Origin: an uncultured virus (IMG/VR IMGVR_UViG_3300046798_000046)
Lineage: Duplodnaviria; Heunggongvirae; Uroviricota; Caudoviricetes
DNA length: 64,000 nucleotides
Virus record (IMG/VR): IMGVR_UViG_3300046798_000046
Direction: 5' to 3' (one strand)
How positions within the stretch are numbered: position 1 is the stretch's first letter; every line of letters starts with the position of its first letter. Positions 8,063 through 16,484 of the stretch are shown one piece after another. Made by a program: the position numbers and the translations under genes. A model generated the notes under the pieces. The model did no database searches and was not told where the DNA came from. It saw only the letters and a program-made list of their open reading frames with translations.

Positions 8063-10065
8063 AGGACCGGCTCCTGGACGGGCGCGGTCGGGTCCCAGTC
8101 CTTCATCGTCGCGTAGGTCGTCGCGTCGATCTGCCGCCGATACTTCAGGACCATCCGGCGCCCCACAATCGCCTGCCGGTCGGTCAAGGACGCGCGGGAG
8201 GCCAGATCCTTGCCGAAGAAGGTATCGGCCCCGTTGAAGCCCCTTTCGTCTTTCGCTCGCGCGCCGTCGCACATCCCCGCGACCTGCCGCAGCGCGAAGT
8301 GAATCGCCGCGCGGACCTCGGCGGGCACGGTCGAGACCGTGGCCGTCCACGCCTTGGGCGCGGGCACGACGATGGGGCTGTCGTCCTCGATGACCTCGCG
8401 GTCCAGCGCCTTGTCGATGACGTTCTGCTTGCTCACGAGCCGCTTCGCCATCGTCGCGGATACGCTGCCAGCCAGGACGAGATGCTGAATCAGCACGCTC
8501 TCCCGCTGGCCGATGCGATGGACGCGATCCTCGGCCTGGGTGATGTCCCCAGGCACCCACGAGAGTTCCGCGAAGACGACGTGAGACGCCGCCGTGAGCG
8601 TGAGGCCAGTCCCCGCCGCCTGGATGTTGCCGACAAAGAGCCAGCACAACGGGTCCTCCTGGAACCGCTGCACAATGCCCTGGCGGGCGTCCTTGGGGGT
8701 CTCGCCGGTAATCTGCACACTCTCGCCGGGATAGGCGCCCGCGATGGCCGCGACGACATCCTGGTGATGCGCGAACACGAGCAGCTTCTTGACGCCGCCT
8801 TCGCGCAGGTCGGCAATCGCGGCGAGTACTTGCGGCAGCGCCGCGAGCGCCGAGGCGTGCCGCATGGCCGACATCTCCTCGAAGGCAATCCGCGCGCCCG
8901 CCGCGAGGCCCGCGACCGCCGCTTCGTACCCGGCCTGATCGCCTTCGGCCTCCGCGCGATCCCGTGCGTCCTCCAGTGCCGCCTTCGCCGCCTCCTGGCG
9001 CTCAAAGGTCGCGCGTTCCGCCGCGATGACCTGTTCGGCCTCCGCGTCCACGGGCAGTTCGATGACCTGTCGGCGCTTGGCGGGCAGTTCCGTGAGCACG
9101 TCGGCTTTCAACCGGCGCACCATCAAGTGTTGCCGCAGGAGCGTCTGAAGCTCGCCCAGGTTGCTGGCCCCGCTCACGTCCCAGCCGTGCCGCCCCTCAT
9201 AGCCCGCGCAGTAGCGTTCGGCGTAGTGCTTCCAGGACTTGAAGACTTCCGGGCAGAGCGCGTGAAAGGTCGTCCAGCCTTCAATCGGGCGGTTCGGGAT
9301 CGGCGTCCCCGTCAGCGCCAGCGTGCGCGTGGCGGCAATCGCCGGGATCGCTTTCTCGGGCGACCGATCCCACTTGCCATAGACCAGTTGGGTCCGCTTG
9401 GCCTTGGGGTTCTTGAGGTAGTGCGACTCGTCGAGGACCAGGAGGTCCCACGCGACCGCGCGGATCGGGCCGATCCACTTCTGAAGAATGTCGTAGTTCA
9501 AGCAGACATAATCGGTGGACGGGAACGCCCCATTCACGCGCCCGACTGTCAGCCCGCGCGTGTCCCAGCGGGTGATTTCGTTCTCCCAGTTCCGCACCAG
9601 GGACGCGGGCGAGACCACCAAGATCCGCCGAATCGACGGCACCGCATTCACGACGCCGATGGCCTGGATCGTCTTGCCCAATCCGGGTTCATCCCCCAAG
9701 AGGGTGTTGGTCCGGTTGAGCGCCGAGACGATGCCCGCCTTCTGGTAGGGGAGGTACTCCAAGCCCTCGGGAACGGGCAGCACCGCATCCGAGGCCGACG
9801 CCCGGGACGCCTCGATGGCCGCACGCTTCTCGTCTTCCGCGCCCGCCAGGGCCGCGAGCGCCTCGGGGTCGCCCGCCACGGTCACATCCGGCAACCGCCG
9901 CAGGAGTCGGCCCAGTTCCGCCGAGGCCGTCCGGTGGACGATCCAGCTTTTGGTCGTGGGGTTGAACCGGCGTGCCGGAAGGGTCTTGATCGCCGCGACA
10001 AGCACGGCGTTGTAGGGGAACGACACGTCGAATCCGCTCTCATTACGCTGGACAGTGATGGTCAT
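8059..10065 (-). CDS. SNF2-family helicase, SMARCAL1/HARP-like
   Basis: LGDEPGLGKT, DESH, TGTP, GTGLTLT, QAEDRVHRIGQ motifs; N-terminal FPYNAVLVAAIKTLPARRFNP HARP-like segment; start re-called 6 nt after TATAGT. Confidence 0.92.
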   Translation of the reverse strand: MTITVQRNESGFDVSFPYNAVLVAAIKTLPARRFNPTTKSWIVHRTASAELGRLLRRLPDVTVAGDPEALAALAGAEDEKRAAIEASRASASDAVLPVPEGLEYLPYQKAGIVSALNRTNTLLGDEPGLGKTIQAIGVVNAVPSIRRILVVSPASLVRNWENEITRWDTRGLTVGRVNGAFPSTDYVCLNYDILQKWIGPIRAVAWDLLVLDESHYLKNPKAKRTQLVYGKWDRSPEKAIPAIAATRTLALTGTPIPNRPIEGWTTFHALCPEVFKSWKHYAERYCAGYEGRHGWDVSGASNLGELQTLLRQHLMVRRLKADVLTELPAKRRQVIELPVDAEAEQVIAAERATFERQEAAKAALEDARDRAEAEGDQAGYEAAVAGLAAGARIAFEEMSAMRHASALAALPQVLAAIADLREGGVKKLLVFAHHQDVVAAIAGAYPGESVQITGETPKDARQGIVQRFQEDPLCWLFVGNIQAAGTGLTLTAASHVVFAELSWVPGDITQAEDRVHRIGQRESVLIQHLVLAGSVSATMAKRLVSKQNVIDKALDREVIEDDSPIVVPAPKAWTATVSTVPAEVRAAIHFALRQVAGMCDGARAKDERGFNGADTFFGKDLASRASLTDRQAIVGRRMVLKYRRQIDATTYATMKDWDPTAPVQEPVL

Positions 10066-10081
10066 GTTTCGACTATAACAT
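10066..10081 (-). promoter_or_regulatory. Conserved promoter, leaderless (TGTTATAGT-6nt-ATG)
   Basis: Motif directly abuts helicase ATG; no SD. Confidence 0.7.
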
Positions 10082-10101
10082 GGCCTCGCGTCCCCGTCCA
10101 A

Positions 10102-10239
10102 CTACAATCGGTTCGCCGTGATCCGCCAGTGGCACGCCCCGCAATGGGACCCGTACGGGCGGTGCGCGCGAAGTTTGCGACCGCATCGTATACACCGCCA
10201 AAACAGCCACCGATACCATCGCCGCACGCGCCGCATCAT
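10102..10239 (-). CDS. Small basic zinc-finger peptide
   Basis: CIRC...CGAC; TGATG overlap. Confidence 0.5.
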   Translation of the reverse strand: MMRRVRRWYRWLFWRCIRCGRKLRAHRPYGSHCGACHWRITANRL

Positions 10240-10319
10240 CACGCCCCCAGCAAGAACCACCCCCACAGCAGCACTGCGAGGATCGCGAACACGAGCAGCC
10301 AATCGACCTGTCGCTTCAT
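10239..10319 (-). CDS. Tiny single-TM peptide (26 aa)
   Basis: MKRQVDWLLVFAILAVLLWGWFLLGA; start/stop overlaps on both sides. Confidence 0.55.
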   Translation of the reverse strand: MKRQVDWLLVFAILAVLLWGWFLLGA

Positions 10320-10411
10320 CGCCGCCGCCGTCCCCACCCCTCGATGAGCGCCCAGGCGAACACGCCCCCGATGACCAAGATCATCACGCACGTCAACACC
10401 TGGAGCATCAT
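10316..10411 (-). CDS. Tiny single-TM peptide (31 aa)
   Basis: MMLQVLTCVMILVIGGVFAWALIEGWGRRRR; ATGA overlaps. Confidence 0.55.
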   Translation of the reverse strand: MMLQVLTCVMILVIGGVFAWALIEGWGRRRR

Positions 10412-10857
10412 CCGCGTTCCTTTGGATCGATGATGTCCACCATGAGTTCCGCGAGGCTCGGGTCGCTCAACTCGTGCGCGGCGTCCAGCATCAGCGAGAT
10501 GGTGTGCCGCGCGTCCGCGAGCGCCTCGACGAGTCGGGCGATGCGGGCCTTGGCGAGAATCCAGGCGCCCTCGACCTCGCGGAACGACGCCGCGAGCGTC
10601 ACGCGCTCTCGCCGCAGGGCGAGATTCTCCGAGAAGACGGCCTCGACCTGGGGCGCGTTGTAGCCGATGGCGGCAGCGGTCAGGTGTTGGCCGACTTCCT
10701 CCCACAGGGCCGCGAGCCGGTCACGCTCGGCGGTCACGGCGGCCAGGGTGGCGCGGGTCGCCTGCAAGTCCTGGAACTGGGTCGCGGCGGTATCAAGCAT
10801 CAAGCTCCGCATCAACTCGGCGCGGGCCGCGATGTCCTCGTGGGACCAGTCGCTCAT
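10408..10857 (-). CDS. Coiled-coil hypothetical protein
   Basis: Start MSDWSHED with ATGA overlap; heptad-like composition. Confidence 0.65.
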   Translation of the reverse strand: MSDWSHEDIAARAELMRSLMLDTAATQFQDLQATRATLAAVTAERDRLAALWEEVGQHLTAAAIGYNAPQVEAVFSENLALRRERVTLAASFREVEGAWILAKARIARLVEALADARHTISLMLDAAHELSDPSLAELMVDIIDPKERG

Positions 10858-10982
10858 TGCCCCCACCTTCCCGAATGCCCCTTCGGGCGTCGAAAGCCAA
10901 ACCACGGCTTGAAGATCGGACAGTGGAGCACGAACGCCGCCACGCCGACCACCAGCGCCACAGTGACCGTCACGTCAGGCAT
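10854..10982 (-). CDS. Tiny single-TM peptide (42 aa)
   Basis: MPDVTVTVALVVGVAAFVLHCPIFKPWFG...; fills gap between genes. Confidence 0.5.
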   Translation of the reverse strand: MPDVTVTVALVVGVAAFVLHCPIFKPWFGFRRPKGHSGRWGQ

Positions 10983-11151
10983 CTTGCACCTTCTTCAGCG
11001 GGCAGCACGCCGCGAACCCCCAAAACCAATGGCCCACCATGTCGGATCGCACCGAGAGTCCGCACGCGCGGCATGTTTCCATATGCTCCGTCGTCCTGAC
11101 GTAGCGCGTCTCGGCCCCTTTGCACGCCGCCTGCGCGGTCACGTCACTCAT
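10975..11151 (-). CDS. Small Cys-rich protein
   Basis: MSDVTAQAAC...CRAC...CCP. Confidence 0.5.
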   Translation of the reverse strand: MSDVTAQAACKGAETRYVRTTEHMETCRACGLSVRSDMVGHWFWGFAACCPLKKVQDA

Positions 11152-11380
11152 CCTTCGCCTCTCTGACCTTCTCAAGCTCGGCCTCGAAAATCACCTGGAA
11201 CGACCGCTGGGTCGTCTCGGCCGCCTGTTGCACGATCCGCCATGCGAACGCTTCGATGGCCTTGCGTGCGGCCTCATCGCGCTCATCGAACACTGCCAGT
11301 CGAGGAGCGATGGGGGTCACGTACTTGTCCACAGGGGTGCCACACACGGGACACTTCAACCCGCTGCCTGACTCACTCAT
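11144..11380 (-). CDS. Small protein with CPVC motif
   Basis: 78 aa, GGAGG SD, ATGA overlap. Confidence 0.6.
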   Translation of the reverse strand: MSESGSGLKCPVCGTPVDKYVTPIAPRLAVFDERDEAARKAIEAFAWRIVQQAAETTQRSFQVIFEAELEKVREAKDE

Positions 11381-11619
11381 TCCGCCTCCATCGCATCAAG
11401 GACCCGGTGAATCCGGGCAATGTCGTCGTGCTCCACCTCGCGCGTGGCGTAGCAGGCCCAGCCGTTCGTGGCCTGTCGGGCGAGCTTGCGCGCCTCATCG
11501 CGCTCGTCCAGCAGCAGGCTCATGTACTCGGCCCACGCCCTCGGCGGTGAGCCGACGCAGTCGCAGTAGTCCTCACGGTGGCGCTCGAACCACTCGCGAA
11601 TCGGGTCAGAGGAGGGCAT
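11377..11619 (-). CDS. Hypothetical phage protein
   Basis: Start MPSSDPI (uncertain); ERDEARKLARQATNGWACY segment. Confidence 0.55.
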   Translation of the reverse strand: MPSSDPIREWFERHREDYCDCVGSPPRAWAEYMSLLLDERDEARKLARQATNGWACYATREVEHDDIARIHRVLDAMEAE

Positions 11620-12160
11620 TGGCAATCCTTCCGGCGAGTTCATCCCGCTCGGCAATCACGGCGCGGAGTTGGGCTTCCACTTTGTTCAGGCGTTGCGCGA
11701 CGTATGGCAACTGTCGCTCTGGCGTCCAGAAGTCTGGCAACGAATTGCCGCCGCCCAGGTCGCCTCGGATACCGGCCTTCAGCGCCTCGTTCTCGGCAGT
11801 AAGCGTGGCGATCTGCTGCTCTAGCTCAGTAATAACGAAGTCGCGGTTGTGAGTCGCGAGCACAGCCTCAGCCGCGTCCAACTGTTCGCGCAGCGCGATT
11901 TCCCGGTCGATGGCAACACAGACATCGCTGTAGGCGACCGACCAGTACGGATGGTCGCGGGCGATCCGCTCCTGGCGCGTGCTTGGGGTGTTCTGAATCG
12001 ACGCCGTCATGATAGCGGCGAGTTGCATGGTCTGTGTTTCGTCCCGCGCGTCGGCCTGCTCGCGCTGCTCGGCAGCGGCGAGGAGCAACTGCTGCGCGTG
12101 CCAATCATGCTTGAATGAAGCTGCCGCCTCCCGAAACGCCTGCGCCGTCACGTCCGTCAT
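11606..12160 (-). CDS. Coiled-coil hypothetical phage protein
   Basis: Start MTDVTAQA with ATGA overlap. Confidence 0.65.
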   Translation of the reverse strand: MTDVTAQAFREAAASFKHDWHAQQLLLAAAEQREQADARDETQTMQLAAIMTASIQNTPSTRQERIARDHPYWSVAYSDVCVAIDREIALREQLDAAEAVLATHNRDFVITELEQQIATLTAENEALKAGIRGDLGGGNSLPDFWTPERQLPYVAQRLNKVEAQLRAVIAERDELAGRIANALL

Positions 12161-12258
12161 GGCATCCCCCCGTACACTGGCGACAGCCAGCAGGTCCACA
12201 AAATCACCACGACCACCAGGACAAGCAAGTAGGCCGTCGCCCAGCGGTCAGTCTTCAT
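12157..12258 (-). CDS. Tiny single-TM peptide (33 aa)
   Basis: MKTDRWATAYLLVLVVVVILWTCWLSPVYGGMP; fills gap, ATGA overlap. Confidence 0.5.
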   Translation of the reverse strand: MKTDRWATAYLLVLVVVVILWTCWLSPVYGGMP

Positions 12259-12511
12259 GGTCGTCCGGCCACAATTCCAATTGCGGAGGGTCCGTCATCG
12301 GCCCCAGCCAGTACAGCCACAGCCCGCACGTCGGCAGCTTGACGCAATGGACCGGCCAGCCTTCCTTCCGCAGTTGCCGCGCCCGCCGCTGGCCGTTATA
12401 ACCCCCGACCGCCGGATCGCACAGATCCGCTGTCGTCGCGCCTGCCGGTCCCCGCTTGATGAGAAGCGCCTTGACTCGCGCCTTCTCGTTCCAGCCATCA
12501 TCAAAAGCCAT
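12248..12511 (-). CDS. Winged-helix-like DNA-binding protein directly downstream of the array
   Basis: RVKALL...GATTADL...RRARQLRKEGWPV..V...Y wHTH pattern; GGAGA SD right after the last repeat. Confidence 0.55.
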   Translation of the reverse strand: MAFDDGWNEKARVKALLIKRGPAGATTADLCDPAVGGYNGQRRARQLRKEGWPVHCVKLPTCGLWLYWLGPMTDPPQLELWPDDHED

Positions 12512-12527
12512 GCGTCAGGGTCTCCCA

Positions 12528-13904
12528 TCGCTCGTAAGTCTTGGTGCGCTCAAGCTGACTGGCTCGCTCAGGGCAAATGGCACGCTCTCTGGTCACGGCT
12601 CGCTCTCAACTTCTGGTGCGCTCTCAACTCTCTGGCTCGCTCATGTCGATTGGTGCCCTCTGATGGGTTGGCTCGCTCGAAGACATTGGTACCCACATCA
12701 ACAATGGCTCGCTCCGACTCTTTGGCGCCCTCGTTCACAACTGGCTCGCTCGTGGTCCGTGGTGCGCTCGTGGATGTTGGCTCGCTCCTTCTAGGTGGCG
12801 CTCTCCGGGGGTTTGGCTCGCTCCAGGCGAATGGTGCCCTCCTATGGCGTGGCTCGCTCATCTGGAATGGTGCCCTCGAACCACTCGGCTCGCTCCTACG
12901 ACATTGGCGCCCTCATAATGCTTGGCTCGCTCGATATTCTTGGCGCTCTCCCGATTTCTGGCTCGCTCTTCGTGATGTGGCGCCCTCCCGCAAGATGGCT
13001 CGCTCCGAAGCGATGGCGCTCTCAATCAATGTGGCTGCTCCGAATCAATGGTGCGCTCGCTGACTATGGCTCGCTCGTCTGGAATGGTGCCCTCACGCAA
13101 GCTGGCTCAATGACCTTGGTGCCCTCTGGTGGTATGGCCCGCTCGTACCACGAGGCGCCCTCGACTGGTATGGCTGCGCTCCGAGTGGATGGCACACTCC
13201 TCCTCATTGGCTCGCTCGGGCTTCTTGGCACGCTCCACCACACTGGCTCGCTCCCTTCATTTGGCACGCTCGTACGCCACGGCTCGCTCCCATTTCACGG
13301 TGCTCTCATTGCCGTTGGCTCGCTCGTTCATGTTGGTGCGCTTCGAGGCTGTGGCTCGCTCCTTGGAAATGGCGCCCTCTCGGAACATGGCTCGCTCTAC
13401 CTGAATGGTGCCCTCCCGGAAGACGGCTCGCTCGGTGCTGCTGGTGCCCTCGTGGAGAAGTGGCTCGCTCTCCTGCTGTGGCGCTCTCGGCATGACTGGC
13501 TCGCTCTCCGGGCTTGGTACGCTCTGTTGAAACGGCTCGCTCAATCTGAAATGGTGCCCTCACTAGCTATGGCTCGCTCGCGTTCGCTGGTGCGCTCCCG
13601 TTGCACGGCTCGCTCACAATGAATGGCGCCCTCGTCGTAGATGACTCGCTTCGACCTCGTGGTGCTCTCAGATAGAGTGGCTCGCTCACTCTGCCTGGGG
13701 CGCTCGGGCGAGATGGCTCGCTCACAGACTATGGTGCCCTCCGGTAACATGACTCGCTCCGTTTCGTTGGTGCTCTCGCAAACACTGGCTCGCTCTTGCT
13801 ATGGTGCGCTCACCACTTTTCGCCTTTGGCTCGCTCAATCGCAGTGGTGCCCTCTAGCTGTTTGGCTCGCTCTGGTTCGATGGTGCTCTCCTTTGCGATG
13901 GCTA
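12528..13904 (-). ncRNA. TIGR-type dual-repeat guide-RNA array, ~38 units of 36 nt
   Basis: Strict alternation (plus strand) of TGGCTCGCTC and TGG(T/C)GC(C/G/T)CTC, each followed by a mostly 8-nt unique spacer; begins at the stop codon of the Nop/IS110-like gene. Confidence 0.9.
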
Positions 13905-14786
13905 GATGCCCGCCTTGGCCCGCGCTTCCGCCCAGCCGGGGATGACGTGCATGTTCGGCGGCTGGATGTCATGCGCGTGCCCGCCCTCCCGCGTCAGGAT
14001 GTAGGGGCGCGGCGGCAGCACGCCGTAGTGGGCGAAGAAGGCCGCTTCCTGGTAGTGGCTCAAGAACAGCTTCACCGCCCACCGCTTGGCGCGGGCGTGG
14101 ATGTGCGCGGGCGGCAGCTTGCCGGTGGAGTACGCCTTGTAGGCGTCCGTGTCCTTGCCGATCTTGAACTTCACGAGTTTGGCGGCGGCTTGGTCGGCCA
14201 GCGCCCCGCTGTCGTTCCGCGTCTGCTCGAAGACCTTCCGCTCGATGTAGAGCTTGCCGTAGGTGTCAGACTCCAGCCCGCTTGTCTTGACAAAACTCTC
14301 CGAACATTTCCAGCAGAGTGTCTTGAGGCTCGCGTTCCACGGGCGTTTCGACTTCTTTTCCCAGGTCACGGTGGGGTCCAGGCCCGCAAAGCGCCAGATG
14401 TGGCCGACCGTGGGGGCCTTGGTGATGTCGATGTGCGCGAGCAAGCCCGCCGAGAGCACCGGGCCGATGCCGGTGATGGTCTGCGCCCACTTGCCGACAA
14501 GGTGAGCATCGGAGTACGCGCCCAGCGCCCGTTTGATGTTGCCTTCGAGGACATTGGCGTTGTCGGCAACCCAAGCGAGGACGGCGTGCGGTTCCTCGGA
14601 CTCGGAAAGGGCGTCCACTTGGTTGCTCGACCTGATGCGGTCGCGCTGCATGGCGTAATAAAGATCCGTCAGGAACCTCGCCTCGTCATCCGACAAGGTG
14701 GCCGCTGCTTTCTTGAGGTCCTTCGAGAGTCGCTTGATGGGGTCTAGCTCGAAGTCGGGATGGTCGGGCGTCACAATGTCAGTCAT
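13902..14786 (-). CDS. tasA: TasA-like RNA-guided protein (Nop/IS110-related RNA-binding domain, no nuclease domain)
   Basis: TITGIGPVLSAGLLAHID, IWRFAGL, PWNASLKTLCW, HIHARAKRWAVKLFLSH; lacks the N-terminal RuvC-like DEDD domain of IS110 and any HNH; adjacent to 36-nt dual-spacer array. Confidence 0.85.
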   Translation of the reverse strand: MTDIVTPDHPDFELDPIKRLSKDLKKAAATLSDDEARFLTDLYYAMQRDRIRSSNQVDALSESEEPHAVLAWVADNANVLEGNIKRALGAYSDAHLVGKWAQTITGIGPVLSAGLLAHIDITKAPTVGHIWRFAGLDPTVTWEKKSKRPWNASLKTLCWKCSESFVKTSGLESDTYGKLYIERKVFEQTRNDSGALADQAAAKLVKFKIGKDTDAYKAYSTGKLPPAHIHARAKRWAVKLFLSHYQEAAFFAHYGVLPPRPYILTREGGHAHDIQPPNMHVIPGWAEARAKAGI

Positions 14787-14803
14787 CAGTCATGGCTCCT
14801 TGG

Positions 14804-15142
14804 TTACGCGGGGGAATACGGGAACGTGACGGTCACGTCCGGGTGGTTGATGTCGTAGGCGTGGGTCTCATCGCGGAACACGGTCGAACAGCGCCGGTTC
14901 TGCCAGATCGGGTAGCTACTCACGTCCGAGCGGTCGATCCACTCGTCAGGCTCGCCGGTCAGCGGCGCCAGGGGCTTCACGTCGAGCAGGCGGCACAGGA
15001 TAGGCACGGCCACGCCCACGGACCCGCCGCTGTCGAAGCGGTCGAAGAACCGCGTCAAGATGTCCAGCAGGACCGCCGTGTCCTCGGGGTCGAACCCGAT
15101 CCGGTCCAGTTCGGTCAGCGCATGGCCGAGCAGGTTGCTCAT
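14804..15142 (-). CDS. Conserved phage hypothetical protein
   Basis: SGGS...IL.RLL..KPL.PLTGEPDEW...QNRRCS.VF motif seen in many phages. Confidence 0.7.
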   Translation of the reverse strand: MSNLLGHALTELDRIGFDPEDTAVLLDILTRFFDRFDSGGSVGVAVPILCRLLDVKPLAPLTGEPDEWIDRSDVSSYPIWQNRRCSTVFRDETHAYDINHPDVTVTFPYSPA

Positions 15143-15516
15143 TGCACCGTCCCGCCAAGGGAAGCGTCGAAGAACGCCGCCTTCATCTCCGCGACCTGGG
15201 CGGCAATCACGCCGCGAGGATCGTTGGACTCGACCGCCTCCAGGACCAGCCGCATGACGCGGGCGGTTTGTGTCTGGATATGGGCGTGCGCCCGGGCGCG
15301 GGCCGCTTCGGGCACGTCGTCGCTCTGGTCGATGGCGAAGTAGGCCGTCATATAGAGCGACATGATGAAACTCGGGCTGGCAATCACCAGATCAAACAGG
15401 CGCGGCAGGTTCCCGTCGCACAAGGCAATCGCCTGCGCCATCAGGTGGTTGATCGCTTCCGCCTGCCCGGGATGGTAGGCCGGGATGATTTCGGGATCGT
15501 CGTCGGTCTCGCTCAT
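15139..15516 (-). CDS. Helical hypothetical protein, paralog of 19135-19467
   Basis: Start MSETDDD (AAGGAG SD, ATGA); SPSFIMSLYMTAY. Confidence 0.7.
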   Translation of the reverse strand: MSETDDDPEIIPAYHPGQAEAINHLMAQAIALCDGNLPRLFDLVIASPSFIMSLYMTAYFAIDQSDDVPEAARARAHAHIQTQTARVMRLVLEAVESNDPRGVIAAQVAEMKAAFFDASLGGTVQ

Positions 15517-15773
15517 CGCTTCTCCTTGGCGATTCCCGGGTCCTTCGCGGGCCGGAACACGGCCCAGCCGTGCTCGATGGTCAACGTGCCCTCGACTTCC
15601 ATCCAGGCCGAGGGCGGGTCCACGACGCCGCGCTGGCGGGCGGTACAGAACTTCGGGAGCACATTGCCCTCCAAGACGATGTCCTGCACACAGACCTCCG
15701 TGTCGAGGTTGCCCTCGTCCACGGACCAACACGGGGGTTCAATCGCGTTGAAATAGAGTCGGTACGTTGGCAT
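15513..15773 (-). CDS. Hypothetical protein, first gene of the putative tasA operon
   Basis: ATG 7 nt after TATAGT. Confidence 0.65.
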   Translation of the reverse strand: MPTYRLYFNAIEPPCWSVDEGNLDTEVCVQDIVLEGNVLPKFCTARQRGVVDPPSAWMEVEGTLTIEHGWAVFRPAKDPGIAKEKR

Positions 15774-15787
15774 GGTTGCAACTATAG
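15774..15787 (-). promoter_or_regulatory. Leaderless promoter variant (CTATAGTTGCAACC-ATG)
   Basis: Matches recurrent motif. Confidence 0.6.
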
Positions 15788-15810
15788 ATGAAACTGTCTG
15801 GCATTGCCAC

Positions 15811-16233
15811 TTATTTGATCCGCGTCACATGCCCGCACGTCGGGCATTTCTCCAGCGCGGGCGGCTCCTGGTCGCAGGCTTCCCAAATCACTTGCTTGCG
15901 CTTCGTCGCCGGATTGACCGCGAGTAGACCCGTGTTCCGCACAAGGCCCTGGTCGCGGGCCGAACTCCGCGCTTGTTGATACAGGTGGTCGCAACACCGG
16001 GCCTGCCATGCTTCGCCAAAAGCGACCTTCAGTTCGTAATCCGCCATCGGCCCCAGCGTCCGGAACAACTTGACCACGGTTGCCATTGCCGAGGTCATCG
16101 TCTTTCGGTCGAACTGCGCCATCGCCGCGTGCGAGGTGCCCGGGTCGCCGCTCCGCGCCCGTAACTCTGGTTCCACCGGCTCGCGCGGCTCCGTCTCGAA
16201 GTCCAATCGCGTCTGATCGTCACTCATCGCCAC
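15811..16233 (-). CDS. Phage HTH-like protein with C-terminal CPTC
   Basis: ARSGDPGTSHAA motif common in phage wHTH proteins. Confidence 0.6.
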   Translation of the reverse strand: MAMSDDQTRLDFETEPREPVEPELRARSGDPGTSHAAMAQFDRKTMTSAMATVVKLFRTLGPMADYELKVAFGEAWQARCCDHLYQQARSSARDQGLVRNTGLLAVNPATKRKQVIWEACDQEPPALEKCPTCGHVTRIK

Positions 16234-16241
16234 GCCTCCGG

Positions 16242-16484
16242 CTATTGCACGGGTTCATCGTGCAACAGCAGATTGGTCAACTGCTCCGCGACGTGCGTGA
16301 GCGCCTCTCGCGCGGGCGCATCCTGCCTGGGCGGGAACGTCACTCGCACCTGGGCATACATCCCCAGCACGAACGCCCCGCTCGCGGCGAGCGCCTGGAG
16401 GCCCTCTTCCTTGGTGTGACAGCCCGCCAGTACCCCCTGCACCGCCTTCGCCATCGCCGCGTAAGTTTCCTTCGTGTTTTTCAT
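16242..16484 (-). CDS. Hypothetical protein (distant member of paralog family)
   Basis: Start MKNTKET, GGAGG SD, ATGA overlap. Confidence 0.6.
   Translation of the reverse strand: MKNTKETYAAMAKAVQGVLAGCHTKEEGLQALAASGAFVLGMYAQVRVTFPPRQDAPAREALTHVAEQLTNLLLHDEPVQ

Noticed and set aside
13871..13898. Self-targeting by the first array unit
   Set aside because: TCGCAAAG occurs elsewhere (e.g. ~2158, ~48728) but I did not find the partner spacer adjacent; 8-mers match by chance. A full computed search was not possible.
12528..13904. CRISPR array
   Set aside because: Repeats are 10 nt, of two alternating types, with 8-nt spacers; no cas genes in the window.
12257..14747. ORFs over the array (e.g. 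12795-13622 +, 12568-12861 -, 13641-14747 +)
   Set aside because: Periodic LARS/SEP/ERA peptides are by-products of the 18/36-nt period; indels shift frames freely.
13902..14786. Active IS110 transposase / insertion sequence
   Set aside because: No N-terminal DEDD RuvC-like domain; operon-embedded and followed by a guide array rather than IS ends.
14780..14801. ATGACTG tandem duplication making a frameshifted tasA start
   Set aside because: The SD is 2 nt from the first ATG but 9 nt from the in-frame ATG at 14786, so the gene is intact.
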